Source: Octopus sinensis
Lineage: Eukaryota
Direction of reading: 5' to 3'
Assembly: GCF_006345805.1 (NCBI RefSeq)
Contig: NC_043002.1
Location: 6,944,001-7,008,000, forward strand
Length of the DNA stretch: 64,000 nucleotides
The notes under the pieces were generated by a model that did not search any database, was not told where the DNA came from, and saw only the letters and a list, made by a program, of their open reading frames with translations. The translations under genes and the position numbers were made by a program. Positions 24,386-36,144 of this stretch are shown here, piece after piece. The number at the start of each line of letters is the position of its first letter. Position 1 is the stretch's first letter.

Positions 24386-24529
24386 CAGGTGAAAGACAAT
24401 CTTAACTACCCAATGGAAGTGATCTTGTACCGTATAAGTGAGGGGCAACCACCCAGCAGAAGTGACTTTGTAGAGAACAGTGAATGACAGCCAGTCCCCC
24501 AAAACTTCTAAACAGTGATTTAAACTCAC
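24339..24529 (-). other. Candidate 191-bp exon or recursive-splice exon
   Basis: T14-ACCTAG|GTGAGT at 24549-24524. Open phase-0 frame VSLNHCLEVLGDWLSF...HRVK ends at AC|GTGAGT (24338). Its phase-2 end fits the 13962-14240 exon. Confidence 0.25.
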
Positions 24530-24785
24530 CTAGGTAAAAAAAAAAAAAACCAGCAAACACTCCTTGCAATTCCAGGCTCAACGGCAAATGGAATTCCAAA
24601 CCTTCCATTTTTTACCTCTTGGTTTCGTTTTTGCGGCATTTCGCAGCGATCAGTATGCAGCGATTTGGGTTGTTGTTTGCTTATGATGAATAATTGTATG
24701 CGTAGAATTTGATTCATCTTAAGGTCTCTAGTAAACAGAGATAAATTTTAAATAATAGCGTTATATACCTCATTGTTTTTAGGGT

Positions 24786-25100
24786 GGAGGCGCAATAGCC
24801 CAGTGGTTAGGGCAGCGGACTCGCGGTCATAGGATCGCGGTTTCCATCCCCAGACCGGGCGTTGTGAGTGTTTATTGAGCGAAAACACCTAAAAGCTCCA
24901 CGAGGCTCCGGCAGGGGATGGTGGTGATCTCTGCTGTACTCTTTCACCACAACTTTCTCTCACTCTTACTTCCTGTTTCGGTTGTACCTGTATTTCAAGG
25001 GGCCGGCCTTGTCACTCTCTGTGTCACGCTGAATATCCCCGAGAACTACGTTAAGAGTACACGTGTCTGTGGAGTGCTCAGCCACTTACACGTTAATTTC
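24786..25100 (+). mobile_element. SINE family D
   Basis: Same head as the 16771 copy, different tail. Confidence 0.9.
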
Positions 25101-25592
25101 CGTTCAAATATTTATAATTCTAAGGCTATATAGGGCACAATTTTAATTTTTTAATTTACTGCTGGACTATATATTTACGATCGTGCACTAAGTTCGAATC
25201 CTCAATGGATAAAGATGTAGCAGTCTTGCGCACATGTTTTCGATACGTATTTGCAACTACATAATTATTCATTAATTAGCAATTCCGCTAATGAGCTACA
25301 GATTCCAAGCTAGTCTATTTGGCAATTATTAGCGAAGCTCGAGTTCAGGATTAACTAAGTCATTTTTTGTTCGTTTTAGTGTTATAACGATGTGCCTCAC
25401 GAATTCTCTTTTCCGCAGTTTGGGTTTTAACTGGACTTTTTAGCATGTAAGGAGTCCTGTCAATGGTCTGCGCTTTGGGTGTAAAAATATTTTATATACT
25501 CTATTTTAAAAAATATGTTGTCTTATGACTTTTATTTACGCATGCTAACCACAGGTAATACATTATTTTAATTTATTACCCTTATGTGTACG

Positions 25593-25623
<31 letters not shown>

Positions 25624-25639
25624 TATATATATGTGTTAA

Positions 25640-26320
25640 TTATTCGTTTTGCAAGATTCTTGATGTGAATTCGTGTGTTGAAACAGATATTGTTGTATTT
25701 GGAGATGGTCATGATGTCAGTTTAGCCAATAAAAACACATGAACTATATATTTAATGTTCACTTGCTTCAGTTTTATATTATACAAATCGTATTTCGGCC
25801 AGAGTTCTTTCGTCACACTTCTGTGACCTCATCAGTGGTCCTTTGCTTTCTTCTTTCTCTTTTGTATGTCTTTACTTACTAATGATCAGCCATTTTGTAT
25901 TCTTATTGTATATGTCTTCATTTGCGCATGCGTATGTCTGTGTGTGTGTCTATGTTTACTAAGTGTGTGTGTATATGGGGGGATGTGCCTGTATTATAAC
26001 TATCCCCTGTTTATATACGTTGGTTTAATTTTAATTTGCTTTTATTTATTTTGTTCATTTGTTTATATCAACTTCTTTTTTTGGTATTTAATTTAAATTA
26101 TTTTGTAAATGTATATAGTTATTTAATTTCATTTATTTATCTGTGTATTGTATTATATTCATATTATTATCAGTTTATTGGGATCTTATTCTGTTATAGG
26201 TTGTGGTGTGTTGGGGTGTTTGCTAGTGTTCCATTCTAGTTTCCTATTCAGGCTAGGTTTATCTTCTATTGTGTGTAGGTTCCGTAATTTGTCTAAGCGT
26301 TGCGTATGTGTGGACAAGAT
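25640..26320 (-). mobile_element. Penelope-like 3' remnant with a variant hammerhead (25797-25841)
   Basis: ...TIEDKPSLNRKLE resembles a GIY-YIG C-terminus. Downstream: GGACCA-CTGATGA-G-GTCAC(AGAAGT)GTGAC-GAA-AG(AA)CT-C-TGGCC. Confidence 0.55.
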
Positions 26321-26329
26321 TTTAACTTG

Positions 26330-27752
26330 ACCTGGTGTGGAGGTAAAAACCGTCAGTTGATGTACCAAATGCATGTTTCAGCATTACTGCATAGGAGATG
26401 CCAAATAGGTAGGTGCCAAGTACACAGCCCCGTTTCACAACGCTGCGTATGTTGAATTCCTGCGAAAAAGAGCCATCAAATTGAACGGTGCCTTTCATGT
26501 ACGTTTGCAATGATTGAACAATCCTGAGAAGTCTTGGAGGACAGCCAATCTTGGCAAGGATTTTGAACAGGCGGTCTCTACTGACTAATGTCAAAAGCCT
26601 TTGTGAGGTCGATGAAGGTGATGAAAAGTAGTTGTCTTTACTCTTGGCACTTTTTCCTGTAGCCGTGGGAGAGAGAATATCATGTCGATGGTGGAGTGTT
26701 TTGCTCTGAAACTACACTGAGATTCAGAGTATACACTCTTAGTGGTTTTCTGTAGCCTATTTAGAGCCACGCGGGCAAAGACTTTCCCAACGATGCTTAA
26801 CAGCGAGATGCCTCGGTAGTAATTGCAGCCGCTTTTGTCTCCTTTGTTCTTATATAGGGTGTCAATGTTGCAGTCTCTCATGTCTTGAGATATTGATCCC
26901 TCCTCCCAGCACTGTAGCTTCAGCAAGTGGCTAAGTATAACTCTCCTTGCACATCTGATGATCTCTGATGAGATTCCATCCAAACTCTGTGCTTTTCCAG
27001 TGGACAAGTCATCAATAGCTCTGCTCAGTTCGTCAGCAGTTGGCAGCGCGTCCAACTGCTCCATGACAGGTAGATCCCCCACGGTGTCTAGCACACTATT
27101 CGTGATGTTTTTTTAGCATAGAGTTTGGAATAATGTTCCACCCTTTTCTCCAGCTGTTCTCTTTTGTCCTTAATAACTTCTCCTGTTCTGGATTTGAGTT
27201 GTGCTATCTTTCTTTGGGTTGAACCGATGGCTATCTTGATACCCTCATACCTTCCACGGATGTTGCCTGTGTCAAACGACAGTGGGATATCTGCACATAG
27301 TTGTAAGCAGTAACCATTTGCACACCATCCCACTATCTTCTGTATGTTGTTCCTTGGTTTGCTATAATCTCAAATCTCAAACTCCAACAAAAATTGATGC
27401 ACTGCGTCAAGTCCCCATGCGAGCAGCGCATCACTACTTCCGCAACCAACTAAGACATATATATTCCTCAATACACTGGAAAACACCCTTCTTGTAGAAG
27501 CACCAGAGGGCAATGTTCAGCAGAGATGGGCCTCTCAGGGATAACATCCATAGCACTGCACTGTAGGCTTTCGGGAGGAGGAGGAGGAAAAGGAGGCATG
27601 ACTGGTTTCAGGCGAATGTGAAAGAACTCAATACTCTCATGGAGGCGAAGCGTGCTGCTCTGCTGAAGCATAAACACCAACACACCAGAGGAACGCTGCA
27701 AGCATTGAGATCAGTAAGGAACATCATGCCGAAGACAGTGAGCCGGTGGGCA
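26330..27752 (-). mobile_element. RTE LINE remnant: RT on minus (26330-27450) and an upstream RTE segment on plus (27450-27752)
   Basis: Minus: YYRGISLLSIVGKVFARV, FITFIDLTKAFD-like, GCPPRLLRIV, VKRGCVL. Plus: AFGRRRRKRRHDWFQANVKELNTLMEAKRAALL. Confidence 0.9.
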
Positions 27753-28396
27753 TAATACATACATACATATATTTATATATCTATACATATATATATGTTT
27801 ATGTATATATATATACATATGTTTGTGGGTTTTGTGTGTGAGTGTGTATGCATGTGTGTTTGTATCTATAAACATGTATAATTAAGCATGTGGTAAGTGT
27901 CTACTTGAGCCTTGTTTCTTCTTTTCTCTCTCTCTCTCTCTCTCTCTACAATTTTCGTATATTTAAACTCCTCTATTCCTTCGGCGGATGAGCGTATGCT
28001 CGAAATGTAAAATACCTTTTCGTTTCTGAAAGTAAACCTAATATACCTTGTTTGTTATTTATCACATCTTTGTATTTATTTTTGTAGCACACACACAACA
28101 CGCACATACATACATACCCATGTGTATACATATACACATATATTGTCTTAAATGATAATGATTTATTGATATGAGTATATTCCTAAATATAAGTTTTTGG
28201 AAACACACACACACGCATATATATATGTGTGTGTATAGTTATATATAGATATATATGTGTTTTTATGTATGTATATTCATGCATGTATATATGCATGTGT
28301 ATGTATATATAAATATATGTGTTACACGCACACACATACATCCACACATACAAACACATATGTGTGTGTGTGTGTGTACACGTATATAGATATATC

Positions 28397-28441
<45 letters not shown>

Positions 28442-28798
28442 ATTGGACATGGGCGATTCTTTCTTGTCTTGGGACTCACAGTCAAACGGCTGGGTGGAAT
28501 TGCGCAAAAATTTACACAGATGTGTAGAATGAGCCGGTGGTGATGCTGGGCTTTATATTTTTTCATAGCTCCCATGATTATCGAGATAATCTACTATAAT
28601 AATACTCTTGTGTTTATCAATGAGAAAGAATGGGCGATAGAGGAATAAGAAAGGAAGGGGTGATGTCATACTTGGTAATAGGATTATGAAAATTGGACGC
28701 TGAAAAAATATATCAAACAGCGTTTCAACTCTGTATGAGTATATGTGTGTGTATGTAAAAGAAGGGGTATGTGAATGTGTCTGTGTGTGTGTTGTGTG

Positions 28799-28875
<77 letters not shown>

Positions 28876-30740
28876 CGCACAATGGAAGTGGGATGGTTCA
28901 TCTTTGTTCGCTTTGTATTTCGGTTTATTCTTTGATTTGATTGAATCTTGGTTTTTTTTTTGTTGGACAGTTATTTTTAGCGTTTTGACAGAAGTAATTC
29001 TAAAATGAATCATTCTAAAACTCTAAAAAAATGTTTAACGTAAGCGTGCCCAAACAAGTCCAATACATACACAGAACAGGTTTTACAGCCACATCATCCA
29101 AACCGACCGGGTTTAGCTGCTAGTCTATTTATACACACACACAGACAGACAGACAGATGGATAGATAGATTTATGTATATATATAATTATATATGTATAT
29201 ACATAGATGTATATACTTCTTTACACACATATATAAATAAGTATATATGTATGCGTGTGTGAGTGTGAATTCATATCTATGGTATGTATGTATTCTATAT
29301 AAATACTTCTTCGTCTGTAAAAAGATCTAAAGCAATGTTGTTCGATAAATGTACTTAAAATTAAGCATTAAATGAAATATTTACATTGTTGCAAATTAAT
29401 CGCTTTTCTTTTGGAATATATAAATTACAAATTAAGAAATAAAAAACACAACTAAATACAAATTATGTTAGGTTTAATGCGTTCAGCGTATAATACACAA
29501 TGTGGATAGTATAATTATCGATTATTTTTTTTATTTCTTTTCCATAGATTCAAGGCTTCCTGTATATATATATAAAAGGAATTAGGGTGGGGAATCATTC
29601 TGAGGTTAATTCTAGACAGAAAGCACAGTAGGCAATTCGACTGTTAAATTAATTTAAATTCGGAAATATTTAGACAATCTGAAAAATAATTTAGTCTTGC
29701 TCTGAAAGATCTTCCGAGTAATAGCAATGAATAGATATTCTGTTCAATGAATTACTATACATAAATTTATTCTCAATATATTGATGTACGTATTTAGTAG
29801 GTTTGTTGGTATAAACTGTATTTATTACCATCGACTTGTTCATCTTACTGTCTTATTCTTTTCCTTTTGTATTAAGGTGTTAGTAGTATAGTTTGTTTAT
29901 GGTGAAATCAAATGCACAATGACAGCACCCATATCTGTCTTTCCAACACTGGTGGTGGGGAAAGGAGGGTATCATGACGAGTCGTTGTCTATTGTAATAG
30001 GCAGGAAACAACGTATCAGGGAATCATGTTTTTTAGAGCGAAAATTTCATCCGAATACTAGCAACAAAGTGAATTCTGCTAAGCACATCCAAAAGCAAGA
30101 AGTGATGTTGAACGGAGTGATATACTGAGTCCAAGAATACGTATAGTCGATGTCATGGGTTCCGCATAGTTTCCAGATAACCAATTATAATCGCAACGTT
30201 CGAGATAACCTGATATTACGCCCAATACGCCTGCTCCGGAATATAACTGGGAACCATACAATTGCGAAATAAATATTATAACAGCAGAAATTCATAAGAG
30301 GGTTTTCGTTCTTTTTGCAATGACTGCTTTTGCTACTGCTTAAAATAGAGAGCCTTCTGTAAAAATTAAAATAACAGCAATCTGCCTTTCTCTCTTCCCA
30401 TAAAGCATATTATTTGCTACCGTGCCACAAATTTTGACAGGGGCTTTTATGCAGCAACGAAGTTTTTGGTAGCTTCTTTTAGCTGGTCTTGCTAAAAGTG
30501 GCAACGGCAACGGCATCTCAATTCACGCACTGTCAGCTTAGATAAATACAACAATATCAAGACGGTCACGGTTGGAACGCTTTTGTTGTTTAGTATTCTT
30601 CGACCAGGTTTTAGGTCCTTACTTAAAACTCAACAGAAACAAACCCCGTACATGTAATGTAGAATCCCATACATTACCACCTGATTTGCAAGGAACAACT
30701 GCCAAATCTCTCCCCGCTTCCCATTCTCTGATCATACCCT

Positions 30741-30870
30741 TCTATCTTTATATATATAAAACTGAGAATGTATCTGTCTGTATGTCTGTCTCCCAAAAAC
30801 TTGAGAACTACACAACCAATTTCATTCAAATTTTACACATGCCTTACTTAGGGTCCGGGGAATGTCATCA
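30741..30870 (+). mobile_element. Non-autonomous Helitron-like 5' end
   Basis: TCTATCTTTATATATATAAAACTGAGAATG-(TCTG)n-...CAACCAATTTCATTCAAATTTTACAC is typical of invertebrate Helitron-derived repeats. Confidence 0.55.
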
Positions 30871-30915
30871 GCTCGCTCTGGGCGCCATAGAGGCGACTGT
30901 ACACGGCTACAGTCG

Positions 30916-33900
30916 ACGCTATGGCGACCAGTTGCTTTTCTCAAAAGGTCTCCACCCCACCGAAGCTAGGCCCTAAAGCCTTGCTACCCCTCGCAGATGA
31001 GAGAAAAAAAAACAAAAACATTGCATCGACGACAACCACCTTCTCCGGACGACTAAAGGTCTGGTATCAGCCTAGAGCCGTTTATAATGTAAGACGGCTC
31101 TACACTAACACTCCAACCATGATCAACAGCCTCCTTCGCCACCAGGTCACATATTTTGTTATGCCTGGCGAGCCGTGGCCCTTTAAGAGCACCACAAACT
31201 CCACTGACGTGAGAGAGTCTCTGTCCCTATTCTACACCTCGGACACGTGGAGTCCCCACGGAGTCCATGTGTCAGGGTTTCACGGGTAGGGTAGACGTTG
31301 GAGCGCATCTTGAGTAAACTCAAGGAGCACTCCTCCGTGATCCTACACGGCCTACTGATCCAACTATTGCCTATAGCATCCCCACGGTATGCCACCGCAC
31401 CACCCCCTGCAGCGGCTGGGCCGCCCATCGATGGGAATGCACCAGCCGGATGTCAGGGTCGTATTTGGCCGCGTCCGCAGGAAGTAAAGGCAAGTCGAAG
31501 GAAACTATTAGTTGCTGGTTCTGTTCGGCTAATCCGGCAGAGTCAGCAACCTTTCTAACAGACATATTCTGACATCAAAAGGCGAAGGTTACGGCGGATG
31601 ACGGACTTTGGTATCAGTCTCACCATTTGGTGAAGACTTAACCCTCCGTCCCGCCCGCTGCTATAAAGGAAGGAAGAGGAAGTAGAGTAGGGGAGATGAA
31701 GCATTCTTTTAGCCCCCACGCGCATGGCCGTGTCCAGCCTCTCAAGTATCCCCCTTGACGGCAGCGCCTGCACCAGACCGTAAGAGAGTCTAGGCAGATT
31801 GTACCGTTGAAGCAAGAGGAATTTTTGTCGGGGTTTCAGCGGAGCCCTGCACATTTTATCAATGTCCAGTGACACCTGCTCCACTGAATCTAAATCAAAC
31901 TCCCGACTTGAGATTAAAGTCCACGTGGGGATGCTTACACCTAAATATAAAACCTTATCCCCTGGTTCTACCTTTTTAATAGTGATACCATCAATCTTCG
32001 GCGGGGTGCTATCACTGACAAGGTAGGACTCGCCCCAGCCGCGGATGGAGAACCACGCACACTTACCGACATTAAGCCCCAGTCCAACCGCGCGATAGAA
32101 CTCCAGGCATCTATCAATAAGAGCCTGGAGACCCTCACGCGATTTCGCAACTAGGGCCATGTCATCAGCGTACGCGATTCCATCCATCCTGATCCCCTCA
32201 ACTTGCAAATCCCCACAGCCGGATAACATATCTAGCAGCGGGTTAGTCGCAATGTTGAAGAGGATCGGCGAGAGCGCGTCCCCCTGCCGAACACCCCTAC
32301 GAATCTCTATGGGTTCACTAAGTTGCCCGTCAACTGAGAATCTGGTAGTGCTACCTTCGTAGATCCCCTCCACGAGCGCTATAACGTGCTCGTGGAACCC
32401 AAGCCTCCGCAGTCCCGCATATACCAGATAGTGCGAGACCGTGTCAAAGGGCTTGGATTCAGGGGAGTTACCTGAAGCATGCGTTTGGCGACTATCTTAG
32501 AGAATAAACGATATACCGCAGAACATATCGTGATTGGTCGCCAATTTGCAAGATCGTAAGGGTCGTTTGATCTCTTTGATATGAGAACAGACCTACCCTG
32601 CTTCAGGATATCGGGTACCTTACCCGCCAGCAACATGCAGTTGCATATATTTGCAAGGACAGCTGGGTCCATTGATTTGATTTCACTAACAGTGATACCA
32701 TCCGGACCCGCCGCTGAGGAGATCTTCATCCTACGTCTATTGAACTTTAATCTATTCCACGGAGAACGGACTCAAAATGGAGTCGCTCTCAACCTGGGAG
32801 GAGGAAGGGTAGTTCGTCAGATCAACCTCAGAGCCTGGAGCAGAAAGCCTCCCTCTATAGAATTCCTCTATAGCATAGAGTGGAATAGGGCATTCCTGCT
32901 CCTTGTCCTCGCCTAACACAACTGCAAGGAGCCTCTTCCTATTTTTCTTAAATAGATCTTGATGGCGGGCGTAAGCATGACGCTTACCCCGTCGCCTAAG
33001 TCTAGTATTTCTATTGCTATCTCTGACTATATTCTTCCTGGTGGTTACCTCCCTACGCGATTTATACTGCTCCACCCAGTCCTCTACAGTTCTCTCAAAC
33101 GAGCCCCAGGCAGCCGCGGTCCCGTCCTCCACGAGTTCCAAAAGGGCCTCAGAGAAGACTGCAGACCAACAGGTATACCCGGGACAAGCAGCATCGAGGA
33201 AGCGATTCTTCCAGTCAAAATTAGACTGGGGTCCACCCACGATTTGTGGTTGGTAACTGGTCGCGGACTGCTCTAACCCTTGATGACTGGTACGAGCCCT
33301 TCTGGATCCTACCTGTTTGGCCGTTTTGCCCGGCAGGAACCGTGCAATGGCTGCATTGATTTGCTTTACCCCTGTCTTTATCAGCTTAGACTCCTTTTCG
33401 ACGAGACCGCTACTTCCTCGTCAGACCAACAGCCCCTGCGTCTTTAGCCTATTGCCTCGGCAGTGGCTGCCCGATCGGTACGCTTTTTCACAATTTGCTC
33501 TAAGCGAGCAGCAATCCTGCGGGCATTTGCCACTGCAGGATGCTTATGGCGAATGTGCTGCGATCGACCTACAGCCGTCAAAAAAGAACGGCTGCAGTGA
33601 TCACAATCGAAGGAGACTAGAGCCGGACTAGGGGCAGGCGATCTAAATGCACCGCCATCGCACCGACCCGCGTGACACCTCATTGAGTGGAGGTGCCCGC
33701 TTTCCCTATCACATTTACTGCATATGTATACAGGCTTAATGCCATGTCTACAGACTAAGTGCTCCCCCCAATCATGGGGGGAGGAGAAGCGCAGAGGACA
33801 TAGCAGACAGGCTATGGAGCATGACGCGCAGGGAATGGTAAGCGAAAATTCGCTCCCAACTGGAGTGGGGCTTGATACCCTCACTACCTCCTCTCGATCC

Positions 33901-35065
33901 ATTTCTAAATTAAGAGAACGAATGTCATGGGGGAGGTCCCTAGCGACCCTATCTCGGTCCGTCTCTAATTCAGTAGACCGGAATTCATCGATCGGGTCAT
34001 GTGCTAGGTCCAGTGGGAGCTGAGCGCCTTTTACCACCAGGGAATAACTATTATACTCTAATCTAAAAATATTTTTCTTATTTTTGGAGTACGTCAGTGT
34101 CGGACGCAAAGTTGAGCGCCCGACACTGGTCTTGTCAGAACCCATTGAGTCATTAAGTCTTACTTGCACCGGAGATGACTCTTTGTCCCATGCAAAGGAG
34201 GGTCGTAGTTCGGCCGACCGCATTTGGGTATTGCGGTCAGCCTGACGTGTGGGCCCCATCCCGGACCCATAGGCCACCATTTTTTCGGCGCCTGGTTGCC
34301 GTACGTTTTCTACCTTATTTGTTAACGAAGTCATCACTATTCTTGGCGGCATTTTCCCAGGGACCATGACCGAAGCGATAAAGTAAAACTTAAAGGAGGC
34401 GCATTACCAGCCCCACCGAGAGAGGCAAGCTAAACTATCAGCCTAACCTATAAGACCCTCCGGCCACCCACTCGAATCCGAAGGTAAACAGCAAGCGGCC
34501 CCACCCGAAAACTATTTCCCCTAGGAATATCCCAAGGGACTCGTCTAGACTAAACGGGGCCCGTGAGTGTATCCACCCCAGACCTAAAGCAGTGCTCAAG
34601 AACGAGCCACCCTAAGACAGTAGTCCTATCAAGGAAACCTCAACCGGCGTGTGAAGCGTTAAATCCACAATGAGGGCAAATATAGAGGACACGGACTAAT
34701 TTCCCATTCTCTCCAAGCCGGCTAGACCATCAATATCAGAGGGCGCCCATCCCTATGGCTCCCCAAAATAGATGGAGACCCGAGAAAGGGCCTTCACACT
34801 ACACTGCAACCGCCTGACTATAAGAACCGGCCAATCGCCCATCCACAGCCCGTGAAGGGCTCTATTCAATAACACCGGCGACCCCCACTCGGGAATCAAC
34901 CAGGACCCCCAGCCACACCTAAAATCAAGACGACAAATCAAAAACCTACCCCCATGGCTCTATAAAAGAGTCACAAACTTTATATTAACGTCCTCAGGCG
35001 GGAACCACTCACTACCCACCACCAGCAAACAAGGGGAATAAGCCGGGCCAGTCACTAATGACCAA
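30916..35065 (-). mobile_element. R2-clade non-LTR retrotransposon, decayed (frameshifts, stops, internal deletions), outside rDNA
   Basis: CCHH (CLLC...HLVCRH), CCHC (CSKC...HAGRC) and CCHH (CDHCSRSFLTAVGRSQHIRHKHP) fingers. Myb WSDEEVA.LVEKE...INAAIARFLPGKTAKQV. RT with AAGPDG, WRPITI, QGDALSPILFNI, YADD, GGL. Knuckle CPRC..ETLSHVSGVC...RHN. Endonuclease start PDL...VVVVD. Confidence 0.92.
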
Positions 35066-35105
35066 CATAGCGGCGACTGTACACGGCTACAGTCGGGTCG
35101 GGTCG

Positions 35106-36143
35106 GGTAATGCGTTCTCATGTGTTTTAAATCTAATCTTTATTGTAATCATTCTCTTTCAACATACCCCAGAAAAAGAAATCAAGGGGAGAAAGGTCTG
35201 GTGAACGAGGAGACCTTTCCATACGAGCCCTTCTTCCAATCTAGTGAGGAAAAGTGTCATTAAGCCAATCTCTAACAGTTTTGGCAAAATGGGTAGGGGC
35301 TCAATTTGAGATATTAATTTGTCGCTCAATATGTTTACATAAGTCTCATCCGTTTCATGTTCAATGAAGTGTCCTAGAACATTGAGCTTTCCACAAACCA
35401 CACCACACCATCACCTTTTTGCTGCCTTGCTGTTTGGATGGATCCATCCAATGTGGATTACCTCGAGACCAGTATAGAAGATTCTGTCTGTTGACCTCAC
35501 CATTTACATAAAACGTAGCTTTGTCACTGAACAACAAAGTTTTTCGTAAAATTGATATTTTCATCCAATTTATCTGAAAACCATTCGCACGTCTACATTC
35601 GTTTATCAGGGTCGTCTTCATTTAAGTGATGTAATATCTGTAGGTTGTATCGATGAAACTTTTCCTCAACCAGAATTTTGTGGATGGTTGGTTTTGGAAC
35701 ACCTAACACCGTGGATGTCCGACGAAGTGATTTCTTTGGGCTAGCAGAAACTTTAGCCATGACAGCCTCTTTCGTTTCATCTGAAATCTTTGGTCGCCCG
35801 GAACAGGGTTTATCCAAAACACTGCCCGTTTCTTTAAATTTCTTGATCAATTTCCCGACGGTAGTAAAAAAAATAGGTTGCCTATAAGGGTGTCGAAGAT
35901 TAAATTCTTCCGCAATTTTGCGATAAGACCGTCCCTCTCGTCCACTTAATAATAATAACTCGATTCTTTCTTCTTTAGACAGATCCATCATTCGATCGTC
36001 TGTAGAAAAAATAACAAATAAATTTAGAAAAGTAAAGTATTTTTTTATTTAATTTAAACAAAAGTAAAAAAGGAAAATTATTATTTCTTATATTTGTTTA
36101 TGTTATGATTTTATTCCATGTACCCAGACTTCGTGGACACCCT
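35106..36143 (-). mobile_element. Tc1/mariner transposon remnant, rosa/DD41D-like, 3'-truncated
   Basis: MDLSKEERIELLLL...KFKETGSVLDKP.SGRP, FSDKATFYVNGEVNRQNLLYWS..NPHW, RSPDLSPLDFFFWG. Left TIR-like GGGTGTCCACGAAGTCTGGG preceded by TA at about 36143. Confidence 0.9.
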
Positions 36144-36144
36144 A

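Noticed and set aside
29900-30420. Minus-strand frames with hydrophobic, receptor-like stretches
   Set aside because: Interrupted by stops. The plus strand shows a decayed ...PDNYRPISLL-like LINE RT motif, so an ancient LINE is more likely.
34880-34915. CCTGGTTGAT resemblance to the 18S rRNA 5' end on the minus strand
   Set aside because: Only about 10 nt match and the surrounding sequence is not rRNA.
34990-35065. HDV-like ribozyme at the R2-like 5' end (P1 GTCATTA/TGAGGAC, L3 TTCCCG)
   Set aside because: P1 has a mismatch, P3 is only 2 bp, and there is no GG for P1.1 and no clear P4 or J4/2. Not supportable by eye.
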